The notes: generated by a model from the letters alone, not told the origin. A stretch of DNA of 64,000 nucleotides from Betaproteobacteria bacterium (GCA_016868355.1 VGHB01000013.1:5985-69984); one strand, 5' to 3'; shown: positions 8,680 through 18,892, counted from the stretch's first letter. Program-made: numbers and translations.

Positions 8680-11505
8680 TTACAGTTTGGCGCGCAAAGC
8701 TAGGAAATACTGTCTTCCGTTTTGATGCCAATAACCGGGCGCGTTCACATTCAGATAGTAGGTGTGACGAATCGGATCGTTGAGGTTGTTGCCATCAAAG
8801 TGCAGGCTGATGTCCTTGGTGATGCGATAACCCAGCGACATCGACAGGCTGCCGGCACCCGCATAGCGGTGCTGGCCGTTGTACTGCGTGATCACGCCAG
8901 CGGCATTGACCAGGGGCGTGAGCGTGCCATTTCCGACAAAGCCGATGGCGTAGTCGGAGCGATAGTTCCAAGCCAGACTGGCTGTGAGCTTGCTGTCTTC
9001 GTAGAAGCCCCGCATGTTGTAGGTGCGGGTTGAGGTACCCAGCAGCGGTGCACCATCGGCGTCTTTCGAGTCCACATAGGTGCCGTTCACCCCCAAGCCG
9101 AAGCCGCCACCAAAAGGCAGTTCCATGGCGGCTTCAGCCCCCTTGAGCTTGCCGGAAACCCCGATGCGAGAGCTCACCAGATAGGTCGTTACTTTGTTCT
9201 GCGCAATATTGAAGTAATCGATTGACGAGGTACCCGTCTTGACATAATTCTCCAGGCTTTGCGTGAACACCCCGGCAGACACATAGGCACGCGGGGCAAA
9301 GTAACGGGCCCAAGACAGGTCGACGTTATTGGACAGGATGGGCTTGAGGTTGGGGTTGCCGCTGGACCCGGTCAACAGAGTGTCGTTCAGGCTGACCGCA
9401 CCGGCGAGCTCGTTGTAATTGGGGCGGCCCAGACTGCGCGAGATGCCCACCCGAATATCATTCTGCCGATCAAGCTTCCACCGCAGGTTGAAACTGGGGA
9501 GCACGGCGTTGTTTTCAGTGGTGTTCAGGCGAGGCAGGTACGTGGCAATGCGCGAACCCACGATGGCACCGGGCACCGCACAGGGTTTCAAGACGGCGCA
9601 CTGCCCCAAGGCTTGGTACGACAAAGAATCAACTTCTGTCTTGGCCAAGCGAACCCCAAAATTGCCGCTCTTGCTGGCGTCAAGCTCAAACTCGCCCATT
9701 GCGTAGGTGGCCGTGTTCTGTTCCTTGATCTTGTAGCCACTAGTCAGTACGTCGTTCAGGCCCGGGGTCCAGTTGATGTACTTGTCGGTAAAGGCCTTCA
9801 TCTGTGCCATGTCATAGCGGAAGATGTCGCGCGGGAAGTTTCCGCTAGCCCCGTTAAACCAATTGGCCGGGTAGGACGTAGCGGGCACCGGCACGGCCGA
9901 TGCGGGCACCACGGTGGACTTGACCACCGAGCCACCGGTGATCAGGGTGAAGGGAAAGTCAGGCGATGACGAGGGAATCGGGCCTGCTGCATTGTCCTGA
10001 GCATTCCAGCGCGGGTTGACTACCGCGTAGCTGCGGTCGTGCGTCGAGCGGCGCGCACCGAACTTGATGTTGGTGAGGAAGCCAGTGGCCATCTTGTAGT
10101 CGCCATCCAAGTGGAAGTAGGACTCTTTGTCCAGGGCCTTCACTGCTGCGCCCTGGTTGCTCAGCAGTGAAAAGTTGGCGACGTTTCGCAGGTTTATGGG
10201 TTTGCCATCGGCGCCATTGATGGTGTACTGCGCCGGAGCATCAGGCGTCTGACTGAACTTGACGGTGGATGGACTGACCAGGCCATAGACCAAGCTGGGC
10301 TGCGACGCTGTGGTCCCACTGCCTTCTGTGTAGCCGGCGCGGCCCCGAATGCTGAAGGCCGAAGTCAGGTTGTACTTGGCGTCCAAGTCCCAGAATGAGC
10401 TCGTGGACTGGGCCCCCTGACGGTTGAAGTGGTCGAACTGCAGACCCACCACATTGGAAGTGGCACCGGTGGGGCGGGTGATGGTGGCCGAGGTCACCAC
10501 ATCACCGGTGATGACAGGGTCCCGAATCAGGTAGCTCGCATTGTTGACCAAGCCGTATGGCAAGGCATAGGCTGAGCTGTTGTAGTTGTCAGCGTTGAGT
10601 TCAGCGCGGAACAAAGAGGCGTTGACCTCGAGGGCTTTGCTGGGTTTGAACTGCAAGCCCAAGTAGCCACCGCTGCGCTGACGCACGCCTTCGAACATAG
10701 CCGAGTTCAAGCTGCCGGTCATGCGCTTGCCGGCCAAGTCGGGGTTACCGGAAGCTGTGGCCTGCGCCACAGTAATCACGTTGTAGCCAAAAATCTCTTG
10801 GCCATCGCGCCGCAGGTGACGATTTTCCTTGAAGACCTGCACCAGCAAGCCCATGGTGTTGTCGCCGTTCTTCCAGTTGATCAGGCCACTGACCTGCGGG
10901 TCGGTCTTGTTGGCTAAGGCGGCATGCACCATGCCCAAAGAGACTTCTCCACTGAGCGCTTGCCGGAAGCTCAGTGGCTTGCGCATGATGATATCCACGC
11001 TGCCGGAAATACCGCCTTCGGTAATGTCTGCACGGCTGCTCTTGTAGACGATGGTCTGACCGATGATCTGGGAAGGCATGAGACCGAAGCCCACGCTGCG
11101 GCCGCTACCGGCCTGATCGCCGACGTGCCAGTCACCCGAACTCAGCGCATGCCCGTTGACCGTCACGAGGTTGAGGTTGGGACTGGTGCCACGAATGGCC
11201 ACTCGCTCAGCTTCATCCATGGCCAATGCACCACCGTACTGCACGTTAACCCCGGGAAGGCGCGACAGCGCATCGGCAATGTTCTTGTCAGGCATCTTGC
11301 CGATGTCTTCGGCCGTGATGACATCCACATTGGTATCAGCGGCTCGTTTGGTGACCAGCGACTGTTCGATGGAGGCCCGGATCCCGGAGACTTCAACCCG
11401 TTGGGGCGCGTCCTTGGGTGCGGCCTGCTGGGCTTGCGCACCGGCAGCCAGGCTGAACAGCAGCGTTGATACCGCAACGGCGATGGGCTCTTGGCGGAAT
11501 TTCAT
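8680..11505 (-). CDS. TonB-dependent receptor (carbohydrate-scavenging type)
   Basis: The ATG at 11505 is preceded by GGAGA 8 nt upstream. Signal MKFRQEPIAVAVSTLLFSLAAGAQA. Plug region VEVSGIRASIEQSLVTKRAADTNVDVITAEDIGKMPDKNIADALSRLPGVNV. C-terminal ..QYFLALRAKL beta-barrel end. Confidence 0.9.
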   Translation of the reverse strand: MKFRQEPIAVAVSTLLFSLAAGAQAQQAAPKDAPQRVEVSGIRASIEQSLVTKRAADTNVDVITAEDIGKMPDKNIADALSRLPGVNVQYGGALAMDEAERVAIRGTSPNLNLVTVNGHALSSGDWHVGDQAGSGRSVGFGLMPSQIIGQTIVYKSSRADITEGGISGSVDIIMRKPLSFRQALSGEVSLGMVHAALANKTDPQVSGLINWKNGDNTMGLLVQVFKENRHLRRDGQEIFGYNVITVAQATASGNPDLAGKRMTGSLNSAMFEGVRQRSGGYLGLQFKPSKALEVNASLFRAELNADNYNSSAYALPYGLVNNASYLIRDPVITGDVVTSATITRPTGATSNVVGLQFDHFNRQGAQSTSSFWDLDAKYNLTSAFSIRGRAGYTEGSGTTASQPSLVYGLVSPSTVKFSQTPDAPAQYTINGADGKPINLRNVANFSLLSNQGAAVKALDKESYFHLDGDYKMATGFLTNIKFGARRSTHDRSYAVVNPRWNAQDNAAGPIPSSSPDFPFTLITGGSVVKSTVVPASAVPVPATSYPANWFNGASGNFPRDIFRYDMAQMKAFTDKYINWTPGLNDVLTSGYKIKEQNTATYAMGEFELDASKSGNFGVRLAKTEVDSLSYQALGQCAVLKPCAVPGAIVGSRIATYLPRLNTTENNAVLPSFNLRWKLDRQNDIRVGISRSLGRPNYNELAGAVSLNDTLLTGSSGNPNLKPILSNNVDLSWARYFAPRAYVSAGVFTQSLENYVKTGTSSIDYFNIAQNKVTTYLVSSRIGVSGKLKGAEAAMELPFGGGFGLGVNGTYVDSKDADGAPLLGTSTRTYNMRGFYEDSKLTASLAWNYRSDYAIGFVGNGTLTPLVNAAGVITQYNGQHRYAGAGSLSMSLGYRITKDISLHFDGNNLNDPIRHTYYLNVNAPGYWHQNGRQYFLALRAKL

Positions 11506-11563
11506 CAGAGTGTCTCCAGTCACTAGACCTATGGCCCAGTATAGAGAGGGCCATTCGATCGAT

Positions 11564-11582
11564 CTACTGGACCAATTGATCG
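11564..11582. promoter_or_regulatory. Possible second operator related to the GntR-type site at 13103-13124
   Basis: CTACTGGACCAATTGATCG lies in the 83-nt gap between nanE and the TonB-dependent receptor gene. It shares TGGACCA(A/T)TT with the 13103-13124 palindrome, but the right arm is degenerate. Confidence 0.3.
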
Positions 11583-11588
11583 TTTTCC

Positions 11589-12311
11589 CTAGCCTGTGAC
11601 CCGGCCTGCGCGGGTGTCCTCCAAACCCGCGGCAAACCAGGAGGTCATGACTTCCAACCGGGTCAGCGCAGTACCCACGGTTACCGACCAGGCCCCTGCC
11701 TGCAGGGCGCAGGCAGCCCGATCAGGGGTGTCATACCGGCCCTCTGCCATGACCCGGCAGCCCGCGCGCGCCAAATCGGCGACCAGAGCCAGGTCGGGCT
11801 CTGCCGGCATGGGGCCAGTGATGTAGCCCGACAACGTGGTGCCGATGATGTCAAAGCCCATTTGCCAAGCCTGCAGGCCGTCCTCCAAACAAGAGGCGTC
11901 GGCCATGGCCAGACAACCCTGCTCATGAACGGCCTGCAGCAGTTCGACCAATTGGCAGGGACGGCTGCGCTGGGTAGCGTCCACGGCGATTACGTCGGCA
12001 CCGGATGCGGCCAAGGACAGCACATCTTGGCGCAGCGGTGTAATGCGCACTGGCCAGTCGGGAAGGTCGCGCTTGACGATGCCAATGATGGGCACCTGCG
12101 TTGAGGCACGCACCCGTGCCAGACGCCGAACTCCTTCCACCCGCAACGCGCGCGCGCCGCCAACCACGGCCGCCTGAGCCATGCGCACGACCACATCGTC
12201 ATGATCCAGAGGGCCGCCGTCCACCGGCTGACAAGAAACCACCAATCCGCCCCGCAAGCGGTCGTGCAACAGCGGCATGTTCCAACGCGTCGATTGGGGC
12301 TGTGCTGCCAT
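11589..12311 (-). CDS. nanE: N-acetylmannosamine-6-phosphate 2-epimerase
   Basis: 240 aa. The motifs GGLVVSCQPVDGGPL .. ALRVEG .. VPIIGIVKRDLPDWPVRITP match the NanE signature blocks (VSCQ, IGIVKRD). Confidence 0.85.
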   Translation of the reverse strand: MAAQPQSTRWNMPLLHDRLRGGLVVSCQPVDGGPLDHDDVVVRMAQAAVVGGARALRVEGVRRLARVRASTQVPIIGIVKRDLPDWPVRITPLRQDVLSLAASGADVIAVDATQRSRPCQLVELLQAVHEQGCLAMADASCLEDGLQAWQMGFDIIGTTLSGYITGPMPAEPDLALVADLARAGCRVMAEGRYDTPDRAACALQAGAWSVTVGTALTRLEVMTSWFAAGLEDTRAGRVTG

Positions 12312-13096
12312 CAGGACAGGGCCTCCAATTCAGCCGGGGGGCGACCCACATTCACCTCGAAGCGGTAACGATCGGCCCGGTAGATGGTCTTGCCATACTC
12401 AAAGGCTTGGCCGAGAGTCGAAAACACCTGACGCTCCACCATCAGCGCTGGGCTGAATGGTGCCACGTCCAGCAAGAGCGCCTCATCCTCTGACAAGACC
12501 GTGGCCTGGATCTCCTGTGCGGCATTACGGGGTACCACGCCGTAATCCCGACGCAGCACTTCGTAAAGCGACTCCACTGCAAAACACTCCACGTCAAAGC
12601 CCGGCAGCATCTGAAGGCACAGGTAGGTCTCCTCCAGGGCCATCGGCTCGCCGCTGGCCAGTCGCAGGCGGCGCAACTCTAGCACCCGGCTACCCGGGAC
12701 CAATTTCAGGTTGCGGGCTACCCGCGCGTCTGCTCGCGTGGCGCGCGACGATAGGATTTCGCTGGAGGGCACCAAACCACGCGCGGCCATGTCCTCTGAA
12801 AAGGATCGCAGCAACAGGGGCTTGAGCCAGCTTTGTCCCGAGACAAAAGTGCCCGCACCCTGTCGCCGCTCCAGCACCCCGTCTTGCTGAAGATCGCGCA
12901 GGGCACGGCGCAGCGTCTCTCGCGCCACGCCCATGCGCGCGGCCAACTCCCGTTCGGGCGGTAAACGCATCCCCTCACCCGCTTGCTGCAAGATAGCCTT
13001 CAGGCCCCGCTTGAGTTCTTCGCGCCGCTGCGCCCGGTACATGTCGATTCGCTTCCCTGCGGCCAAGCCGCCGTGTTGCAGGAACAGGTCAATCAT
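12311..13096 (-). CDS. GntR/HutC-family transcriptional regulator with UTRA effector domain (NagR/DasR-like)
   Basis: 261 aa. Winged-helix LPPERELAARMGVARETLRRALRDLQQDGVLERRQGAGTFV followed by a UTRA-like C-terminus. Its stop shares one base with the nanE ATG. Confidence 0.85.
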   Translation of the reverse strand: MIDLFLQHGGLAAGKRIDMYRAQRREELKRGLKAILQQAGEGMRLPPERELAARMGVARETLRRALRDLQQDGVLERRQGAGTFVSGQSWLKPLLLRSFSEDMAARGLVPSSEILSSRATRADARVARNLKLVPGSRVLELRRLRLASGEPMALEETYLCLQMLPGFDVECFAVESLYEVLRRDYGVVPRNAAQEIQATVLSEDEALLLDVAPFSPALMVERQVFSTLGQAFEYGKTIYRADRYRFEVNVGRPPAELEALS

Positions 13097-13102
13097 AGAA
13101 CA

Positions 13103-13124
13103 AATGGACCATTTGGTCTAATTT
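13103..13124. promoter_or_regulatory. Imperfect palindrome AATGGACCA-TT-TGGTCTAAT; candidate operator of the adjacent GntR/HutC regulator in the divergent promoter region
   Basis: AT-rich 22-mer in the 73-nt gap between the gntR-like start (13096, minus) and the SBP gene start (13170, plus). The arms match 7/9. TGGTCTA / TAGACCA-type half-sites are typical of HutC-subfamily operators such as DasR/NagR dre sites. Confidence 0.45.
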
Positions 13125-13169
13125 TGAGGCCAACAAGGTATAGTTCCTCAGCTCAACTGGCAGCAGTCT

Positions 13170-14447
13170 GTGAACAGAAGATCGTTCTACACCACCTTGG
13201 GCGCCAGCACGGCGTGGGCGTGGTGCGCTGCAGCCGGCGCGGTGGCGGCGCCTGCGGTGGCAGTTCCATCGAAGAGCCTGACCCTGTGGACCATGCAGTT
13301 GGCCCCCTTTCACAACGACTATGTGAAGGGGCTGCTTGACAACTTCGAGGCCCGGCATCCGGGTGTACGGGTGAAGTGGGTCGACGTGGCTTGGGCAGAA
13401 ATGGAGCGCAAGGTCCTGGCCAGCCTGGCCGCGGGTACGGCGCCCGATGTGGTCAACCTCAACCCTCAGTTCTCAGCACGGTTGGCGGAACTGGGCGCTT
13501 TGGAAAATCCAAGACGCCACCTCTCTGATCAAGAGATCGGTGCCTTTGTGCCAGCAGCTTGGCACGCCAATCAGTTGGCTGGAGTGCCCTTCGCATTGCC
13601 CTGGTACTTGAGCACCACGATCCACGTGGTTCGCCAAGACCTCCTGGAGCAATCGGGCGTGCAAGCGCCGCGCAGCTTTGATGAATTGCCCGCGGTAGCG
13701 CAAGCCCTGCGTCGACATGCACAGTGCTACGCCTGGTTCGCCCCCATGGATGGATCGCTGGCGCTGGAAACACTGGTGTCCATGACAGGAGCCTTGCTAA
13801 GCCCCGACGGTTGCCGCCCGGCATTCGAAGGAGAGACAGGCCGCCTAGCCTTTGAGTTTTTACACCGCCTGTATCGTCAAGGCTGGGTACCGCCGACCGT
13901 GCTTACCGAAGGCCACCGCGGCGCGGTGCAACAGTTTTTGGCTGGCGATGTGGCAATGATGCCCACTGGCATGCAGTTCATCTCCCAGATGAAGCGGACC
14001 AACCCCCAACTGCATCAGCACCTGCGGATCACACCCCAATGGCTACGACCGGGCACCCCGCCCAACATCGCTGTGATGAACCTGGCCGTACCGCGAACAG
14101 CCCGTAACCCGGAGCTGGCGATGAGGCTGGCGCAGTTCATAGCCAACAGTGACAACCAACTCGACCTGGTGAAGCGGGTACCCTTGCTGCCCAGCACTCG
14201 CCGCAGCTATGAGGACCCCTTTTTCGAACGGTCCACTGGTGACGACTTACTGGATGAAGCCCGGCGGGTGTCGCAACAACAGGTGTTCGAAGGTGCGGTT
14301 CAAGTGCCGCCCTTGCGCCACTACGCCAAGTTGCGTGCGAGCTTTGTGCGGCAGTTGCAGCTGGCAATGACAGGGCGGATCGGCTCTGAAGCCGCTATTG
14401 TCGAGATCAGCCGGGTGTGGGTACCCTTGCTAGGGTGCCGCAAATGA
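13170..14447 (+). CDS. CUT1-type sugar ABC transporter substrate-binding protein (Tat-like signal)
   Basis: 425 aa, GTG start. (M)NRRSFYTTLGASTAWAWCAAAGAVAA signal, then LTLWTMQLAPFHNDYVKGLLDNFEARHPGVRVKWVDVAW, typical of SBP_bac_1. Confidence 0.85.
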   Translation: MNRRSFYTTLGASTAWAWCAAAGAVAAPAVAVPSKSLTLWTMQLAPFHNDYVKGLLDNFEARHPGVRVKWVDVAWAEMERKVLASLAAGTAPDVVNLNPQFSARLAELGALENPRRHLSDQEIGAFVPAAWHANQLAGVPFALPWYLSTTIHVVRQDLLEQSGVQAPRSFDELPAVAQALRRHAQCYAWFAPMDGSLALETLVSMTGALLSPDGCRPAFEGETGRLAFEFLHRLYRQGWVPPTVLTEGHRGAVQQFLAGDVAMMPTGMQFISQMKRTNPQLHQHLRITPQWLRPGTPPNIAVMNLAVPRTARNPELAMRLAQFIANSDNQLDLVKRVPLLPSTRRSYEDPFFERSTGDDLLDEARRVSQQQVFEGAVQVPPLRHYAKLRASFVRQLQLAMTGRIGSEAAIVEISRVWVPLLGCRK

Positions 14448-14484
14448 AAGCCACCGCCGGTCTTGAACTGCAGCAGGGGGCGCC

Positions 14485-15351
14485 GTGAAGAGCCCAGGCT
14501 GGTCACTGCCCATCCCTTTGCTTTTTCTGCTGCCCGCATGCGCAGTGATTGGCGCGGTGGTGCTGTATCCGGCCCTGCGGGTGGTGATGCTGAGCTTCAC
14601 AGACTACAACATGATCAACCCGCCACAGTCAGTGGGTTGGGCCAACTACCAGCGGCTGTGGGCTGATCCGCTGTTCTGGTCGGCCCTGGCCAACAGCGCC
14701 CTGTATTTGATTGTTGTGGTACCTGTTTTGGTGCTGATACCGGCCTTGCTTGCCATTTTGGTCAACCGTGCGCTGCCGGGTCTGGCTTTCTTTCGCGCAG
14801 CCTTGTATCTGCCCGTGGTGACGTCTCTGGTCATCAGTGCGCTGGTGTGGAAGTGGCTGTACGCCGAACAAGGCCTGCTCAACACGGCGCTGCGGGCCAG
14901 CGGCCTGGTCGATGACCCGATTCGCTTCTTGACTGAGCCAGAAAACGCTCTTCTGAGCGTCATGGCGGTCACCGTGTGGAGCGGCCTGGGGTACTACATG
15001 GTTATCTATCTGGCTGGCCTTCAATCAATCCCAGCGGCACTGTTGGAAGTGGCCGAACTTGAGGGCGTGAGCAGGCGTCAGCAGATTCAATACATCGTCC
15101 TGCCACTGCTAAGGCCTCAGATGGCGGTTGTCGCTGTCATGTCGGGCATGGCATCCATGAAGGTATTTGAAGAGGTTTATGTGATGACCCAGGGCGGCCC
15201 ATTGGAGAGCACCAAGACCCTGGTGTTCTACCTGTACGAGTCAGCCTTCGTCGACTTCGAGCTGGGCTACGCGGCAGCGGCGGGTGTGTTGCTGTTTATC
15301 CTGACTCTGGGGCTTTCGCTGATCAATCTGCGGCTGTTGGGAAAGTCATGA
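14485..15351 (+). CDS. Sugar ABC transporter permease (MalF/UgpA-like)
   Basis: 288 aa, 6 predicted TM segments, EAA-type loop LLEVAELEGVSRRQQIQYIVLPLLRP. Confidence 0.85.
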   Translation: MKSPGWSLPIPLLFLLPACAVIGAVVLYPALRVVMLSFTDYNMINPPQSVGWANYQRLWADPLFWSALANSALYLIVVVPVLVLIPALLAILVNRALPGLAFFRAALYLPVVTSLVISALVWKWLYAEQGLLNTALRASGLVDDPIRFLTEPENALLSVMAVTVWSGLGYYMVIYLAGLQSIPAALLEVAELEGVSRRQQIQYIVLPLLRPQMAVVAVMSGMASMKVFEEVYVMTQGGPLESTKTLVFYLYESAFVDFELGYAAAAGVLLFILTLGLSLINLRLLGKS

Positions 15352-16205
15352 GACAGCCGCACTTGCCCCGATCAATCGCCTGGAGACGCCGCCAGGATGC
15401 AGCCCTTCGATATGCCGCACTGGTGATGGCCACGGCCATCACGGTGGGTCCGTTCCTGTGGCTGTTGAGTACCTCTTTGAAAGGACCGGGTGAGGTGCTG
15501 CAAGGCAGCGGCATGAGCCTGTGGCCGCAAAGCCCAACCCTGGAGAACTATCGGCAGGTTTGGGCTTCACAGCCGATGCTGCGCTATCTAATGAACAGCA
15601 TGACCGTATCCCTACTGGCCGTGGGATGCAACCTGTTGCTGTGCAGCTTGGCTGCCTACCCGCTGGCGCGGATGAAGTTCGCCGGCCGCAGCTGGATATT
15701 CATCGGTCTATTGGCCACGATGATGATGCCGTTTCAGTTGCTGATGATTCCCTTGTACGACTTGGCGATGTCGCTTGGGCTACACAACAGTACCTTGGGG
15801 CTTGTCCTGCCGCATGCCTGCACAGCTTTTGGCATCTTTTATCTCCGCCAAGCTTTCCTGGCTGTACCCCAGGCGCTGGAGGACGTTGCGCTGATGGAAG
15901 GCGTGGGGCGGCTGCAACTGTGGTGGCATGTCATGTTGCCGCTGGTGCGACCCTCACTAGCCACGCTGGCCGTATTTAGCTTTGTGGCCGTATGGGGCGA
16001 CTTTTTGTGGCCCCTGATTCTCTTGGACGACCCGCAGCACTACACCCTGCCGCTGGGTGTCAATCGCCTTGTTAACGCATTTTCGCTGGACTGGCGGTGG
16101 GTCGCCGCCGGGGCGGTGCTGTCGCTCATCCCCATTCTTATGGTCTTCGTTTTCAGCCAGCGCTTCTTCATCGAGGGAGCGTTGAAGGGGGCCATCAAGG
16201 CATGA
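15348..16205 (+). CDS. Sugar ABC transporter permease (MalG/UgpE-like)
   Basis: 285 aa. EAA loop LEDVALMEGVGRLQLWWHVMLPLVRP. ATGA overlap with the preceding gene. Confidence 0.85.
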   Translation: MRQPHLPRSIAWRRRQDAALRYAALVMATAITVGPFLWLLSTSLKGPGEVLQGSGMSLWPQSPTLENYRQVWASQPMLRYLMNSMTVSLLAVGCNLLLCSLAAYPLARMKFAGRSWIFIGLLATMMMPFQLLMIPLYDLAMSLGLHNSTLGLVLPHACTAFGIFYLRQAFLAVPQALEDVALMEGVGRLQLWWHVMLPLVRPSLATLAVFSFVAVWGDFLWPLILLDDPQHYTLPLGVNRLVNAFSLDWRWVAAGAVLSLIPILMVFVFSQRFFIEGALKGAIKA

Positions 16206-18892
16206 GCGTACTGCCCCCTGTGCCCCAGCCGACGAACCAGCGTATCGCCGTCGATGTGGTGGTGCACACCCATTGGGACCGAGAGTGGTACATGGATCGG
16301 GAAACCACCTTGGCACGCTTAGAAGAGGTCATGCAGCGCGTGGTAGCTGATCTGGATGCGGACCGGCTGCAACAGTTCCTCTTCGACGGCCAGACGGTGG
16401 CGCTCGAAGACCTGGCCAGCCGCGCGCCTAGCGGCCTTATCCAGCGCCTGAGGCAGCACGCGCAGGCTGGGCGACTGGTGTTGGGTCCGTGGTACGTAGC
16501 CAGCGATGAGTTCTTGGTCAGTGGAGAGTCCTTGCTGCGCAACCTTGCGCTGGGCATGGCGCAGGCGCGCGCCTGGGGTGGGGCCCAGGCCGTGGGCTAT
16601 CTTCCCGACACCTTTGGACATGCAGCTCAAATGCCGCAGATCTTGCGGCAGTTCGGTATCGCTCACGCGGTGGTGTGGCGCGGCGTCGAGTCCCCTTATG
16701 ACCTCTTAGATTGGCATGCGCCTGACGGTTCCATCGTGACCACGGTGTACCTCACAGAAGGCTACTACCTGCATCCACTGCATGGGCCAAGCTGGCTGCA
16801 TGAAACACAGTTGTTATTGAGCAAGCTTCAGGCGCGGCGCGACCCCGCCCTGGCGGGCCCCCTGCTGCTGACGCACGGAGGTGATCACCTTGCGCCGCAT
16901 CCCGAACTTGCGGCGCGCATTCAGGACTTCAATCGTAAGCAAGACCAGTTCGATCTCCAACAAGGTACGTTGCTCAAACACGTCCAAACCTTGGAGGCGC
17001 GTAAGGCCAAGCGACCCACACTCAGCGGTGAACTGCGCCAAAACCGCTCTGCCTTCGTACTGCCTGATGTACTGTCAACACGGCGCTACCTCAAGCGGCT
17101 GCACCAGACAGCAGAAGACCGATTGGTGGGGCATATCGAGCCGCTCATGGCCCAAACCGGAGCGCGGGCCACTGAGCATGCCTGGCTGCAGAGCGCTTGG
17201 CGCCTGCTGCTTCAGCAACAGGCGCATGACTCGATTTGCGGCTGCAGCCGCGACGAGGTGCATCAAGATATGGTGCAGCGATTTGCACAGTTGCATCGCT
17301 GCCTAGACGCGCTGGAGCAGCGCTTGCTGTACCGGGCAGGCCTGGTGGAATGGGACCGGCATACCGCAGACCGCGACGCATCAGTAAGAGCGACCGTTGA
17401 TGAACCGGTAGAGCATCAGGTTCCAAATGGGGGCGTATTCGCCGATGACACACGGTTCACCGTTTTCAATCCTTTGCCGTGGCAACGCCACGCATGGTTT
17501 GAGGTGAGTCTGTTCTTGAGGGGGCCGTCCCGGACCAGTTTGGGTGTTACAGGCCCCGAGGGCGAGACGATCCCGACGGTGGTGTTGAATATTGAACCGG
17601 CCTTTGAACTGGTCTCACCTCTGGACGAGTTTCCAGAGCGCTTGGACGGCCACCGCTACACCTTGGCGCTGAAACTGTCCCTTGGCGGCCTGGCAAACGC
17701 GCCACTGCAGATCATGCAGATCGCAGCATCGCCAGGCTCTGCTCCCGCGCGCCTGCCCGCACCGGCTGCGCAGTTGGACAACGGCGCTTGGCGGGTGGAG
17801 CTCAGCGCGCAGGGTCAACTGCTGCTGACTGATCGCCGCCAAACCCCGACCGTCGCTCGTCCTCTGGGTTTGATGTTGGAGCCCGATGCAGGTGACACCT
17901 ACAACCACAGTCCGGTCTTGGGCGCGCAGGCCTTGCTCAGCCCGGGGTGGCGTCTGCTGGAGCAGCGTCACGACGGCCCGTTGCAAGAGCTCCGGCTGGG
18001 AATAGCGCTTCAGGTACCGCAAGGCCTAGACGAGCAACGTCTGGCGCCTACGCTGACAACGGTGATTTGCAATGGCGAGTTGCGGCTTCGACTGCTTGGC
18101 GACGAACCACTGCTGCATCTGTATCTGAGCTGGGACAACCAAGCTCGAGACCAACGCACACGCTTGGTCCTTGGCGGGGTTGCCAGCGATACCGGTACCA
18201 CTTGGAGAGACACAGCTTTCGCCTGGACCGCGCACCCCGTGGTGCTGTCTTCAGTGCCGCACGACATAGGGCGCGGTGAGGCAACGGTATGTGTACAGCC
18301 CAGCCTGAGTGCCTTGGCAGCAGGCCCGTGGTGGGTGGCCCACCGTGCGCTGCATGAGCACGAAATCATCGTCGACCCCTGGGCCGTCAGCCGCGGTGAC
18401 CACGACCCAGGGCTGGCCTTGGCCCTCACCTTGGTGCGAAGCGTAGGCTGGATGTCGCGGCGCGACCTTCGAACCCGCGGCGTGGGGGCCGGACCTGATC
18501 TGCCGACGCCACAAGCGCAGTGCCTGGGGGAGGACCGGTTTGAGCTGGTACTGGTTTCACCCGAGCGCGATGCGCCGACTCATGTCCTGCTGCAGCGCGC
18601 CCAAGACTTCCGCTGGCCGGTACGACGGCTTCGCGGCCATGCGCAGCGCTGGGCTGCTTCGCTGAACCTACCCCGCACCGCTCTGCAACTCAGCGCATGT
18701 CGACCGTTGGAAGACGGTCGTCTTGAGTTGCGCCTGTGGAACCCAAGCGATGCACTGATCACCTTGGATGTGCCGCTAGGCATCTGGACGCGGGTGCGGG
18801 CCGATGGGCAAGTATGGAACGGTGATCAGCGTGCTGTACAGCCGCATCAGTTGATCACGCTTCACAGCATGGCCACCTGGAGCTTGGAGTGA
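16202..18892 (+). CDS. Glycoside hydrolase family 38 (alpha-mannosidase / mannosylglycerate-hydrolase-like), cytoplasmic
   Basis: The ATG at 16202 overlaps the permease stop (ATGA). The N-terminus MSVLPPVPQPTNQRIAVDVVVHTHWDREWYMDRE carries the GH38 HxHxDxxW metal-site block, followed by LGPWYVASDEFLVSGESLLRNL and YLPDTFGH. No signal peptide. Confidence 0.8.
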   Translation: MSVLPPVPQPTNQRIAVDVVVHTHWDREWYMDRETTLARLEEVMQRVVADLDADRLQQFLFDGQTVALEDLASRAPSGLIQRLRQHAQAGRLVLGPWYVASDEFLVSGESLLRNLALGMAQARAWGGAQAVGYLPDTFGHAAQMPQILRQFGIAHAVVWRGVESPYDLLDWHAPDGSIVTTVYLTEGYYLHPLHGPSWLHETQLLLSKLQARRDPALAGPLLLTHGGDHLAPHPELAARIQDFNRKQDQFDLQQGTLLKHVQTLEARKAKRPTLSGELRQNRSAFVLPDVLSTRRYLKRLHQTAEDRLVGHIEPLMAQTGARATEHAWLQSAWRLLLQQQAHDSICGCSRDEVHQDMVQRFAQLHRCLDALEQRLLYRAGLVEWDRHTADRDASVRATVDEPVEHQVPNGGVFADDTRFTVFNPLPWQRHAWFEVSLFLRGPSRTSLGVTGPEGETIPTVVLNIEPAFELVSPLDEFPERLDGHRYTLALKLSLGGLANAPLQIMQIAASPGSAPARLPAPAAQLDNGAWRVELSAQGQLLLTDRRQTPTVARPLGLMLEPDAGDTYNHSPVLGAQALLSPGWRLLEQRHDGPLQELRLGIALQVPQGLDEQRLAPTLTTVICNGELRLRLLGDEPLLHLYLSWDNQARDQRTRLVLGGVASDTGTTWRDTAFAWTAHPVVLSSVPHDIGRGEATVCVQPSLSALAAGPWWVAHRALHEHEIIVDPWAVSRGDHDPGLALALTLVRSVGWMSRRDLRTRGVGAGPDLPTPQAQCLGEDRFELVLVSPERDAPTHVLLQRAQDFRWPVRRLRGHAQRWAASLNLPRTALQLSACRPLEDGRLELRLWNPSDALITLDVPLGIWTRVRADGQVWNGDQRAVQPHQLITLHSMATWSLE

